This document shows, one piece after another, positions 28,584-38,052 of a DNA stretch of 64,000 bases. The DNA comes from Waterburya sp. (lineage in GTDB: Bacteria > Cyanobacteriota > Cyanobacteriia > Cyanobacteriales > Xenococcaceae). The DNA is taken from positions 4,256,001 to 4,320,000 of the forward strand of contig CBDCJV010000002.1 in NCBI GenBank assembly GCA_965217895.1, written 5' to 3'. The stretch's first letter is position 1. Each line of letters starts with the position of its first letter. The notes under the pieces were generated by a model, which searched no databases, was not told the DNA's origin, and was given only the letters and a program-made list of their open reading frames with translations. Made by a program: the position numbers and the translations under genes.

Positions 28584-29570
28584 ATGCTGAACTTTCAAAT
28601 CCAGTCCGATAGTGATATACCAGCCTCCAAACAATTATTTGCTCAAATTCAATTTGCGATCGCTTCTGGACAATATCCCCCAGGACATCGCTTACCCAGT
28701 ACTAGGCAACTAGCTATGATTACGGGACTGCACCGCAACACAATCAGCAAAGTCTATCAACAGCTAGAAGAAAATGGATTGGTAGCATCAATAGCTGGTT
28801 CGGGAATCTATGTCAAAATTCACGAACGAGAAAATATTAATCATTCAGATTCTCCTATAGTTAATTCGGTTAATGCCATCAAAGATAATCTAGATCGGAT
28901 TTTAGAATTGGGCTGTAGCATTGAGCAAGTTAAAGAATTATTCCTAGAAGAAATAGACTGGCGCATTAGCTGTTGCGATCGCGTAATTGTTACCGTTCCT
29001 AAAAGAGACATCAGCGCAGGGGAAATTATGCAGCAAGAATTATGCAATTCTTTCTCTATGGAGATTGAATTGATTGAGTTAGAAAAATTACCCCAAATCT
29101 TAGAAAAAATTAATTTTGGGACGCTGGTGACAAATCGATATTTTATTCAAGAGGTTTTAGCCATTGTTCCTCCTAACTCTTTTCGCGTAATTCCTGTTGA
29201 TATTTATGATTACAAAAAAGAATTAGAAATGATTAAGGCTCTTCCTTCTCAAGCTTGTTTGGGCATTGTTAGCCTTAGTGAAGGTACTCTCGATATTGCC
29301 TCAAGTATCGTTAATAGTCAGCGAGGAGATGATTTACTAGTATTGACTGCTTCAATTGGCGATCGCGATCGCTTGAAGGCGGTTATTCGTGCTGCTCATA
29401 CGGTGATAGCTGGCTACACTAGCTATGATGCAGTCAAAGCAGAAATTATCGCCATGCGAGAGGATCTAATTCGGATTCCTGAAGTTATCCGTACTGATAG
29501 CTACATTAGCGAAAAGTCGATTAATTTATTGAAACGAGAATTGGGACTAGGCAATAGACAATTTATTTAA
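28584..29570 (+). CDS. plmA: GntR-family regulator, PlmA subfamily
   Basis: IQ..SDIPASKQL..QIQFAIAS..YPPGHRLPSTRQLA..TGLHRNT. Confidence 0.85.
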   Translation: MLNFQIQSDSDIPASKQLFAQIQFAIASGQYPPGHRLPSTRQLAMITGLHRNTISKVYQQLEENGLVASIAGSGIYVKIHERENINHSDSPIVNSVNAIKDNLDRILELGCSIEQVKELFLEEIDWRISCCDRVIVTVPKRDISAGEIMQQELCNSFSMEIELIELEKLPQILEKINFGTLVTNRYFIQEVLAIVPPNSFRVIPVDIYDYKKELEMIKALPSQACLGIVSLSEGTLDIASSIVNSQRGDDLLVLTASIGDRDRLKAVIRAAHTVIAGYTSYDAVKAEIIAMREDLIRIPEVIRTDSYISEKSINLLKRELGLGNRQFI

Positions 29571-29633
29571 CTGATGTTACGCACGTTCTCGATCGCTGAA
29601 GGCTGGTCAAAGGGGAAGGGGTAAGGGGAAAAG

Positions 29634-29764
29634 TATAGTCGTTTTAAATAGCAACCAGATTATCTTTGAAAAAAGTAGCAAGTAGCAAGTAGCAAGTAGC
29701 AAGTAATATTTAACCTTACAATCAATACAAAACTACCATAAGGAAATTAATTGGAATGACTATA
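29634..29764. repeat. MITE-like element carrying an AGTAGCA STRR tract
   Basis: Ends TATAGTCGTTTTAAAT / ATTGGAATGACTATA; internal (AGTAGCA)4 at about 29674-29705. Confidence 0.55.
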
Positions 29765-29824
29765 ATTCGAGCATTTCCTTGATATGAGCTATAGAGATAA
29801 TTTGCATAAACTATCAAATTTTTG

Positions 29825-29853
29825 TTGACTAATATTTCAATTAGTACTATATT
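29825..29853 (+). promoter_or_regulatory. Sigma70-type promoter with palindromic spacer
   Basis: TTGACT-17 bp-TATATT; ACTAAT-N6-ATTAGT inverted repeat overlapping the spacer. Confidence 0.55.
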
Positions 29854-29892
29854 ACTAACAGGGTTGGCAATTCCTATCATACGACTTTAATT

Positions 29893-29922
29893 AAGGGAAC
29901 AGGCTCTAAAGTTCCCTTTTTT
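29893..29922 (+). terminator. Intrinsic terminator
   Basis: AAGGGAAC-10 nt-GTTCCCTT followed by a T run. Confidence 0.65.
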
Positions 29923-30096
29923 ATTTTTTAAATTAATCAAACAACAATGGTTCGGACAAAATTTAATTATTAACGAAATAACAGCTATCGAAGCCCTTTT
30001 TGAGTTGAAGATAATCAACGGTAAATTGGGCTTGTCAACTGCTCTAACTGTTCTAACTGCTTAACTGTCCTAACTGTTGAAACAAGTCAGCGGTGG

Positions 30097-30657
30097 TTAT
30101 CTAACTGTTTCTGCACGACAATCTCTTAACCAAAGTTGAACTCCTTGACCAATAATGCCATTGGTAGTTTCTTTAGGAGGTGCTGGAGGGGTATTTGCTT
30201 GAGAATTGCCAAAACGAGAAAACATCATTACCATACGCCAACCACTATCAGTTTGAGTTAAAAATAGCCAATGGTAAGTTTGAATAGTAGTGATTTCATT
30301 ATTGTTATATTGCCTTTCGGCAACTGTAAAAAAGACTTGTTTGGGTTGGTTCTCGTTAAGAGGATTGTATTGAATACGAGGTAATTTTAAAGGTTCAAAC
30401 TCAACTCGATCGGCGGTAATAACATAGTTTCTAATTCCTGCTTCTTTATTCAGGCGTTGAGTTCGTTGGATTACTCGATTGCTGTAGTCTGGTAAATCTT
30501 TGAGTAATAAAGAGGTTAACTGATTAAGATCGTTAGGACAGCTAAAATTATCCTTTGAAGAACCAGCATTTTGGCTATGGGCTGGCGCGATCGGCACAAT
30601 CAATATAATTATCGCCAAGATACTTAACCGCCAGAATCTTAAAAAATTTACCTTCAC
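30097..30657 (-). CDS. Exported hypothetical protein
   Basis: Signal peptide; CP.DL..L...LLKDLPDYSNRVIQR and WLRDC motifs; 13 bp downstream of tyrS. Confidence 0.7.
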   Translation of the reverse strand: MKVNFLRFWRLSILAIIILIVPIAPAHSQNAGSSKDNFSCPNDLNQLTSLLLKDLPDYSNRVIQRTQRLNKEAGIRNYVITADRVEFEPLKLPRIQYNPLNENQPKQVFFTVAERQYNNNEITTIQTYHWLFLTQTDSGWRMVMMFSRFGNSQANTPPAPPKETTNGIIGQGVQLWLRDCRAETVR

Positions 30658-30670
30658 GCTTGATTGTTGC

Positions 30671-31894
30671 TTAGGAAACTAAGCGAATAAACTTTTTTTT
30701 GCCTACTTGTAACACTTTTCCTGCCAGATCATCGGCGGTTTCAAAGGTAAGATTGATATCGCCAAGGCGATCGCCTTCTAAACGAACAGCACCACCCTGT
30801 ATCTGTCTTCTTCCTTCCCCACTGCTTTTGCATAAGCCACTAGCACCTAAAACATAAAACAATTTAGCAGGAAACTCTACTTGAGACAGAGAATATTCAG
30901 GAATATCCCCACCTGCGGTATTTCCCTGAAGTACAATCTGTTCGGCGGTTTGCTTAGCTTGTAAGGCAGCATCTTGTCCATGAAATTGCGAAGTAACGGC
31001 GATCGCCAATTGCTTTTGAGCCTGCCTAGGGTTACCAGGTAATTCTGCCAAATCAGTATCGGTTAAAAGTTCAAAATAATCTTTAAGCAGATCATCAGGA
31101 GTTTTTTCTAGCTTAGAATACATCGATAGGGCATCTTCTTGCAGTCCTACATAGTTACCCAGAGATTTTGACATTTTTTGTACCCCGTCTGTGCCTAAGA
31201 GGATAGGCAGCAGCAAACCAAACTGAGTTTTTTTACCAAAATGCCTTTGCAAATCCCGTCCTACCGCAATATTAAACTTTTGGTCTGTTCCACCTAATTC
31301 CACATCAGCTTCTACGGCTACAGAATCATAACCCTGCATCAAAGGATATAAAAACTCATGGAGAAAAATAGGTTTTTCTTGGCTGTAGCGTTCTGCAAAA
31401 CCTTCTTTGGCTAGCATTTGTCCCACGGTCATAGTTGCCAGCAATTCCTGTATCTGAGCCAAATCCAGTTTACTAAGCCATTCGGAATTATAGCGAATTT
31501 CCAATCGTCCTGGGGTATCAAAATCTAAAATAGGACGTAGCTGATCTAAATAGCTTTGAGCGTTGGCTTTTACCTGTTCTGGGGTCAATTGACGGCGTAC
31601 ATCAGACTTGCCCGTAGGATCGCCAATCTGAGCGGTAAAGTCGCCAATAATAACCACTGCCGTATGTCCTGCATTTTGAAAAGCGCGCAGCTTACGGAAG
31701 GGAATACTATGACCCAAATGAATATCCGTGCCTGTAGGATCGATACCTAGCTTAACCCTCAATGGCTCAGAACTTTGGGCAAGGCGTTGGCTTAAATTTT
31801 CAGCTCGATCGTCTGAATCTTGACGATCTGGAAAGATTTCGCTTGTACCTCTAAATAGCCAATCTAAGTTTTTGCTTGAATCCGAAGAAGACAT
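30671..31894 (-). CDS. tyrS: Tyrosine--tRNA ligase
   Basis: [30 protein letters not shown]-terminal S4 domain. Confidence 0.97.
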   Translation of the reverse strand: MSSSDSSKNLDWLFRGTSEIFPDRQDSDDRAENLSQRLAQSSEPLRVKLGIDPTGTDIHLGHSIPFRKLRAFQNAGHTAVVIIGDFTAQIGDPTGKSDVRRQLTPEQVKANAQSYLDQLRPILDFDTPGRLEIRYNSEWLSKLDLAQIQELLATMTVGQMLAKEGFAERYSQEKPIFLHEFLYPLMQGYDSVAVEADVELGGTDQKFNIAVGRDLQRHFGKKTQFGLLLPILLGTDGVQKMSKSLGNYVGLQEDALSMYSKLEKTPDDLLKDYFELLTDTDLAELPGNPRQAQKQLAIAVTSQFHGQDAALQAKQTAEQIVLQGNTAGGDIPEYSLSQVEFPAKLFYVLGASGLCKSSGEGRRQIQGGAVRLEGDRLGDINLTFETADDLAGKVLQVGKKKFIRLVS

Positions 31895-32092
31895 GACCGA
31901 TTACCCGTCTGACAGTGTTTGGTTTGAGTTTGCAGTGAGATTAGATTATTAACCTTATCAAACTATCTGTCCTAAAATCTAGAAACAAGCCCTTTCAAGG
32001 TGTCTGTTTTTGGGTCTTATTTTGGGATAGAATTTTAGTAGCAAAAAGGTGAGGCTTCTTTTTAGTGTCCAACTCACCTTAACAACTGATTT

Positions 32093-32569
32093 ATGAAGAC
32101 TCTGCCTACTAAACATATTTCACGAGTCAATAAACTGCGTCGTCTTAGTAAGGTGATGGATAATGCGATCGCCATACCTGGAACAAAAATTCGCTTTGGC
32201 TTAGATCCGATTCTGGGCTTGCTGCCTGGGGGCGGAGACACCGTAACTGGAGGAATATCTGCTTATATTGTGGTAGAGGCTGCGAGGATGGGTTTACCTC
32301 CAGAAGTTTTATATAAGATGGTGGGTAATATTTTGTTAGATTCTTTTGCAGGAACTATTCCAGTGTTGGGAGATATATTTGATGTCGGCTGGAAATCTAA
32401 TGTAAAGAATATTGAGCTTTTAGAAAAACATTTAGAAATTGCTGAAGATAGTAAAAGCAATACTTTATTTATTATTGGTTTAATTATTTTACTGACAATA
32501 ATTATTTTGGGATTTGCAGCTATTACCGTCTTTACAGTGGGTTGGCTGTGGAATTTGATTAATAATTAA
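32093..32569 (+). CDS. DUF4112-domain membrane protein
   Basis: MDNAIAIPGT.IRFGLDPILGLLPGGGD...GDIFDVGWKSN.KN. Confidence 0.85.
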   Translation: MKTLPTKHISRVNKLRRLSKVMDNAIAIPGTKIRFGLDPILGLLPGGGDTVTGGISAYIVVEAARMGLPPEVLYKMVGNILLDSFAGTIPVLGDIFDVGWKSNVKNIELLEKHLEIAEDSKSNTLFIIGLIILLTIIILGFAAITVFTVGWLWNLINN

Positions 32570-32625
32570 TCTTAAATATTGAACAATTATTAAAGATTAA
32601 TACTTACTTGCTAATTATCTAAATC

Positions 32626-33546
32626 ATGGATATTACTGCTGCATTACCTACTTTTATTGTCACTCTGCGAGAAGGATTTGAAGCTGCACTGGTAGTCGGT
32701 ATTGTGATGGCTTGTCTAAAAAAGGCAGAGCAAACGCAACTTTATCGCTGGGTTTATCTGGGTATTCTAGGCGGGATTATCGCTAGTGTTGCCCTTGGCT
32801 TTTTGCTAGCAGGATTGATATCTGGTGTTGAGACTGCCGATGGCATATACGCACCCGTTGTCAAGGAACTACTGGAGGGAATTTTTGGAGTAGTGGCGAT
32901 CGCCATGCTCAGTTGGATGCTAATCTGGATGACTAAACAGGCTAAATCTCTTAAAGGAGAGGTAGAAGGAGCAATCAACACGGCATTAAGCAACGATGGC
33001 GCAGGGAAAGCCGTATTTCTCTTGATTTTTATTGCTGTGGTGCGCGAAGGCTTTGAAACGGTTTTATTTGTCCTGGCAAAATTTCAGCAAGATTGGTCTC
33101 TTCCTGCCCTTGGTGCGATCGCGGGTTTGACTCTGGCTACTATTATGGGCATAGGACTATTTTCCCTAGGCGTGCGAATTAATATTCGTCTATTCTTTCA
33201 GGTAATGGGAATATTTTTACTGCTAATTGTAGGTGGATTAGTCATGGGTGTGCTTAAGCATTTTGATGCTGCACTGGCTCTATTTTCGCAACTGTCTGTC
33301 GACAACTGGTGTATTTGGGGTAATGACTCTTGTATCTTAGGCGATCGGGTATGGGATGGCTCAAGCTTGTTACCAGATAAAGAATTTCCTGGGATTATTC
33401 TCAAAGCTTTATTTGGCTATCGACAAACGTTGTATCTCGGACAAATTATTGCCTACGTTTCTTTCCTAGCAATTACTGGCACAGCCTATTTTCAGAGCCT
33501 TGGCATTAAGTTGCCTCTAAAAAAACAACTAACCACTGACAACTAA
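32626..33546 (+). CDS. FTR1-family iron permease
   Basis: Two REGFE motifs and multiple transmembrane helices. Confidence 0.9.
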   Translation: MDITAALPTFIVTLREGFEAALVVGIVMACLKKAEQTQLYRWVYLGILGGIIASVALGFLLAGLISGVETADGIYAPVVKELLEGIFGVVAIAMLSWMLIWMTKQAKSLKGEVEGAINTALSNDGAGKAVFLLIFIAVVREGFETVLFVLAKFQQDWSLPALGAIAGLTLATIMGIGLFSLGVRINIRLFFQVMGIFLLLIVGGLVMGVLKHFDAALALFSQLSVDNWCIWGNDSCILGDRVWDGSSLLPDKEFPGIILKALFGYRQTLYLGQIIAYVSFLAITGTAYFQSLGIKLPLKKQLTTDN

Positions 33547-33614
33547 ACTGATAAATGTTTACTATCCCTTGGAAAACTAGCCTAAGTTAAGCTGCCGATG
33601 CACTTAAACTGTAT

Positions 33615-34994
33615 ATGTTTCAATCAAGCAACAAACTATCAAACTCTCTCCCCGTCTCCGTGTCCCCTCGTCTCCCAGTCAACCTCGGCAGACAAATTAA
33701 AAGCTTGACAGCTTATTTGGGACTAATTGCTATTTTGACTGGCTGCAACTCATTGCCTGCAACCTCTGTTGCCGATTCTGCTCCTAAACAAGCACAAAAG
33801 ACAATCTCTACCGAATCTTTTACCCCAAAGCCAATCAAGATTACTTTAGCTGATTTACCTCAACCTTACGCCACCAACTCAGCTAGTAAATCCCCTAACG
33901 TCATTCCCGTACCAGATAATCCTGTGTTGCAAGTTCCGCCAGGATTTGCTGTTAATGTGTTTGCCGACAATTTAAAAGACGTGCGCTGGATGACGTTAAC
34001 TCCTGATGGAGATGTATTAGCAGTGCAGTCCCGACAAGATAAAATTGTTTTGTTGCAGGACAAAAATAAAGATGGCGTAGCCGAAGTTAATCAAGTATTT
34101 GCCGATCGCAGTAACGGTTTAAATCAACCTTTGGGAATGACTTTTGCTAAAGATTCCTTTTATGTTGCCAATACAGGAGAGGTTTTACGCTTTGACTATC
34201 AACCTAGACAGCTAAAATTAGACGGTACAGGTACAGAAATTACTAAATTAACTCCAGGTGGCTACAATCAACATTGGACTCGCAATATTGTTACATCTCC
34301 TGATGGTAATAAGCTCTATATCTCTATAGGTTCGGCAACTAATGTTGAACCTGAAGAATTACCCCGTGCTTCAGTGCAGGTAATGAATTTAGATGGTTCA
34401 AATCGCTCTACCTACGCTTATGGTTTACGCAATCCCGTTGGCTTAGATTTTCAGCCAGTTACAGGCAAGCTTTATGCAGCCGTCAACGAGCGAGATTTAT
34501 TAGGAGATGACTTAGTTCCCGATTATTTTACCCAAGTTAAACAGGGTGGCTTTTATGGCTGGCCTTATGCCTATCTAAGTCCCGATTTACTCGATCCTCG
34601 CCGTATGCAGGGAAATAAGAGCGAAAAACCAGATTTAGCAGCCAAAACTATTACACCCGATGTTTTATTTCAGGCGCATTCTGCTGCTTTAGGAGTACAG
34701 TTTTATGACCAACAAAAATTCCCTGATAAATATCACAATGGAGCTTTTGTAGCTTTTCGTGGCTCATGGAATCGCGATCGCGGTACGGGATATAAGATTG
34801 TTTTTGTACCTTTTGGCAAAGACAATCAGCCTCTTGGTTACTATGAAGACTTTTTGACTGGTTTTTTAGTCGATCCTAATGCTCCTAATACCTTTGCTCG
34901 TCCCGTTGGTTTATTAGTTATGCCTGATGGCAGCTTACTTTTGGCAGAAGACGGCAACGGTCGCATTTATCGAATTAGCTATGTTGGTAAGTAA
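33615..34994 (+). CDS. Sorbosone/glucose dehydrogenase-family lipoprotein
   Basis: LTGC lipobox, HWTRN, GLRNPVG, NERD.LGDDLVPDY, GSWNR. True start may lie downstream. Confidence 0.85.
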   Translation: MFQSSNKLSNSLPVSVSPRLPVNLGRQIKSLTAYLGLIAILTGCNSLPATSVADSAPKQAQKTISTESFTPKPIKITLADLPQPYATNSASKSPNVIPVPDNPVLQVPPGFAVNVFADNLKDVRWMTLTPDGDVLAVQSRQDKIVLLQDKNKDGVAEVNQVFADRSNGLNQPLGMTFAKDSFYVANTGEVLRFDYQPRQLKLDGTGTEITKLTPGGYNQHWTRNIVTSPDGNKLYISIGSATNVEPEELPRASVQVMNLDGSNRSTYAYGLRNPVGLDFQPVTGKLYAAVNERDLLGDDLVPDYFTQVKQGGFYGWPYAYLSPDLLDPRRMQGNKSEKPDLAAKTITPDVLFQAHSAALGVQFYDQQKFPDKYHNGAFVAFRGSWNRDRGTGYKIVFVPFGKDNQPLGYYEDFLTGFLVDPNAPNTFARPVGLLVMPDGSLLLAEDGNGRIYRISYVGK

Positions 34995-35009
34995 GGTAAG
35001 ACCATTAGC

Positions 35010-35113
35010 TAAATAGATCGGTGTAATTAAATATGAAACGGTGATGACAGGTAGTGGGTAGTAGAGAAAATTTAAACTTTGACATCTTATAAATTATTTC
35101 ATCCACCTACTTA
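35010..35113. repeat. MITE-like element with imperfect TIRs
   Basis: TAAATAGATCGGTGTAATTAAATAT versus ATAAATTATTTCATCCACCTACTTA. Confidence 0.55.
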
Positions 35114-35176
35114 GCGGTTAATAGCTGTGTTTTGGGAAATATATAAAGTAGAAACAATCTTTCTATATTACCAAAC

Positions 35177-35329
35177 ATGAAAACAAAAAGAATTATCGCC
35201 ACAATATTATTTGCACTAATTTTCACATTCAGCATAATTAAACCAGTTAAAGCTGAAAAAATTAAAGACGTCAATTTACTACATGGGAAGGATAACTGGT
35301 TTGCTCACTGCTGCTACTGTACCTCATGA
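35177..35329 (+). CDS. Small 50-aa putative secreted peptide (below the ORF-track cutoff)
   Basis: MKTKRIIATILFALIFTFSIIKPVKA-EKIKDVNLLHGKDNWFAHCCYCTS*; classical signal-peptide layout. Confidence 0.5.
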   Translation: MKTKRIIATILFALIFTFSIIKPVKAEKIKDVNLLHGKDNWFAHCCYCTS

Positions 35330-35529
35330 GTATGAGCATTGCTATATTGAATAGCGTAAAAAGAAATTAGAAATATTTAGGTTGCCTACTTACTCTCAGC
35401 AGTTAAATTTAATCGAAATATTATGGCGATCGCTATGTAATTAATCCTGCCTGTAGAAAATGCGATGCCTATAAAAATCGGATACCATGTTCAAGAAGCT
35501 ATTTGCTGCTAACTTCCGCCATCTCGTGA

Positions 35530-36993
35530 ATGTTCAAGTTTACCAATAATCGCTGGAATCAATTTCGGTCAGAGATTGTTTCACCCAATCGCCAGAAAGC
35601 CTGTTTCAATCGTTGGTCAAAATTACCAATTGTTTATCGTGGTGCGGTAATTGTCGCAATTCCGATCATTTCTATCATACCAGCGATCGCAGGCTGGATT
35701 TGGTCATATCAAGCCAAAAATGAAGCTTATGTCTCGATCGATCGTACTGAAGAAGTAATTAGAAACAGCGATGTTTTGATGTTGGCATTACTAGATGCTG
35801 AAACAGGAGTTCGCGGCTATACAATTACTCAACAAGCTGAGTTTTTAGAGCCATATAACCAAGCTAGACCAGAAATTCCTGTGCAGTTGCAGCAGCTCAA
35901 AAAATTGACTCAAAACAACTCAGAACAACAGCAGCAACTACAAAAGATCGAGAAGCAAATACAAAATAAGTTAAACTTGTCTACCCAAGTCTTAGATACA
36001 GTTAAACCAGTACCAGAAGTAACAAATTCGTCACAGTTAATTAAGCTTTTGACTCAAGGTAAGACAGAAATGGATGCAATCCGCAACTCGGTAGGTATCT
36101 TTAAAGATAGAGAGTGGCAATTGCGCGATTTTCGTCAACAGCGTTTGGATAGAATTAGCAGAATTACCAACGTTTTGATAGGCATAACTATATTCAGTGG
36201 ATTAGTAGGTTATTGGCTAGCAGTCAGATTTTATTATCAATCTGAACGTAAGCTGGCTCAAAAAGCCAAAGAATTGACTAAGGCAAACCAGACTTTAGCT
36301 ATAACTAATAAACTTATTAAAGTACGTAACCAAGAATTAGATCAGTTTACCTATATAGTTTCTCACGATCTTAAAGCACCATTACGGGCAATTTCTAATT
36401 TGTCTGAATGGATTGAGGAAGACATAGAAGACAAGCTAGATGAGGATACTAGCCAGAACATGGCTTTATTGCGTAACCGTGTTCAGCGCATGAATAACTT
36501 TATTGACGGATTATTAGAGTATTCTCGCGCGGGAAGAGTTAAAAAAGAAACAAGCACAGTTAATGTCCGACAACTTTTACTTGAGATTATTGATTCAATT
36601 GCTCCTCCATCTAAGTTTACGATCAATATCGATGCTCAAATGCCAGTTTTGCAAACAGAAGCTTTGCCTTTACAACAAGTGTTTAGTAATCTCATTAGTA
36701 ATAGCATTAAACATCGTCATCGCGATGATGGCACAATTACTATTTCTGCCCAAGAAAGTCAGGAATTTTATCAGTTTTCCGTAGCAGATGACGGTATGGG
36801 AATTGCTCCCGAACATCAAGAGAAAATCTTTACTATCTTTCACACAATCGCTGTAAAAGATACCAAAGAAAACACGGGGATTGGCTTATCTATAGTCAAA
36901 AAAATTGTCAAAAATCAAGGGGGCAAAATTTGGCTAGAATCGGAGTTAAATAAGGGAAGTATTTTTTACTTTACTTGGCATAAAAGAAGTTAG
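35530..36993 (+). CDS. CHASE3-domain sensor histidine kinase
   Basis: DAETGVRGY..T....FLEPY (CHASE3), SHDLKAPLR H-box, NLISN, DDGMG, GIGL. Confidence 0.92.
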   Translation: MFKFTNNRWNQFRSEIVSPNRQKACFNRWSKLPIVYRGAVIVAIPIISIIPAIAGWIWSYQAKNEAYVSIDRTEEVIRNSDVLMLALLDAETGVRGYTITQQAEFLEPYNQARPEIPVQLQQLKKLTQNNSEQQQQLQKIEKQIQNKLNLSTQVLDTVKPVPEVTNSSQLIKLLTQGKTEMDAIRNSVGIFKDREWQLRDFRQQRLDRISRITNVLIGITIFSGLVGYWLAVRFYYQSERKLAQKAKELTKANQTLAITNKLIKVRNQELDQFTYIVSHDLKAPLRAISNLSEWIEEDIEDKLDEDTSQNMALLRNRVQRMNNFIDGLLEYSRAGRVKKETSTVNVRQLLLEIIDSIAPPSKFTINIDAQMPVLQTEALPLQQVFSNLISNSIKHRHRDDGTITISAQESQEFYQFSVADDGMGIAPEHQEKIFTIFHTIAVKDTKENTGIGLSIVKKIVKNQGGKIWLESELNKGSIFYFTWHKRS

Positions 36994-37064
36994 AGCAGTT
37001 AAACGAGCGACCCCCTAAAGGTAAAGGGTTCGACATCAAAAAACAGACCCTTGTGTCTGACTTG

Positions 37065-37096
37065 GCAAGACGAAGGCTTTAGCCGCACGTATGCGC
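37065..37096 (-). repeat. Inverted partial copy of the 69-bp dispersed repeat
   Basis: Reverse complement matches 37282-37313 at 29/32. Confidence 0.75.
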
Positions 37097-37236
37097 GAGG
37101 GAGGCAATTAAAGTAGTATTTTGTCCGATAAAATGTCTTTTTTTTGTTATTTTATTGACACTAGATTGTCATATTAACTTGGCATAATAAATATTGTTTA
37201 ATAAATTCAAAGCAATAAACTTGCAACAGCAATAGC

Positions 37237-37396
37237 TATAGCAATACGTACTTATATTAGAACATCTGCTACTGTCTTGGTGCGCGTACATGCGGCTAAA
37301 GCCTTTGTCTTGCGCCTGACGGCGACGCGGGGTCGCACCGCTTGTTACTTACGAGCAGTTCATTTTTTTGTCCTAACCAGTCAACGTACTGCGATA
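37237..37396. repeat. MITE-like element containing copy 2 of the 69-bp repeat (37275-37343)
   Basis: TIRs TATAGCAATACGT...TTAGAACA / TGTCCTAA...ACGTACTGCGATA; related uninterrupted partial copy at 40920-40988. Confidence 0.7.
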
Positions 37397-37407
37397 CTTT
37401 GATAACC

Positions 37408-37899
37408 ATGAAAAAAATAGTTTCTTATACTGCCTTTTTAATCACTCTTGTCGCTGGTAGCTTATTAGCTACACCAGCTAAAGCTAATACTATCAAGCTA
37501 GAAAAATTAGCTCAGCTCGATCGCAATTCTCCAGAATTGGCTTTAATATCTAGCCCTGGCGATCGCAATTCTTTCGATGCTGCCAACAACTTTAATTCAG
37601 CCGATAATTTTAATAAAATTATCGGTATTACTGGATTGGGATTGGGAACTGGAGCTATTGCCTATCGTTTATCTCGCGCTGGTAAACCTTCTTTGGCTAA
37701 TTCTTCATTTGATAGTAATAATAATAGTTTATTACTGGATCGAGTCAGCCCGAAATTACGCCAAAAACTACTTAGATTGGTGCATAATAAGCAAACTGCA
37801 AACCGCCTTTTAAGAGGTACAATGTTAGGCCATGCCGATCGCCCTCCTAACTGGTTGGCTGAAAAAGTTATCTACGATTTAGAACGCGATCGCGTCTAG
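37408..37899 (+). CDS. Hypothetical membrane or exported protein
   Basis: ATG 37408 gives signal peptide MKKIVSYTAFLITLVAGSLLATPAKA; C-terminal WLAEKVIYDLERDR. The ORF-track start lies within a repeat. Confidence 0.7.
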   Translation: MKKIVSYTAFLITLVAGSLLATPAKANTIKLEKLAQLDRNSPELALISSPGDRNSFDAANNFNSADNFNKIIGITGLGLGTGAIAYRLSRAGKPSLANSSFDSNNNSLLLDRVSPKLRQKLLRLVHNKQTANRLLRGTMLGHADRPPNWLAEKVIYDLERDRV

Positions 37900-38052
37900 G
37901 AAGGCGATCGCTTTGACTTACCAGAAAATACATACATGAAGTTTAAAGCTGCAACTAAAACTAACAAATATTAATCGAAATCACGTATTTCTCTGTATAG
38001 CTTAGGGCAAACAGGCGGGAACGCTATCTGTATCAGTTATTGGACTAGATAT

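Noticed and set aside
37342..37407. N-terminal extension of the 37342 ORF
   Set aside because: Lies inside the MITE/repeat; the signal peptide begins at ATG 37408.
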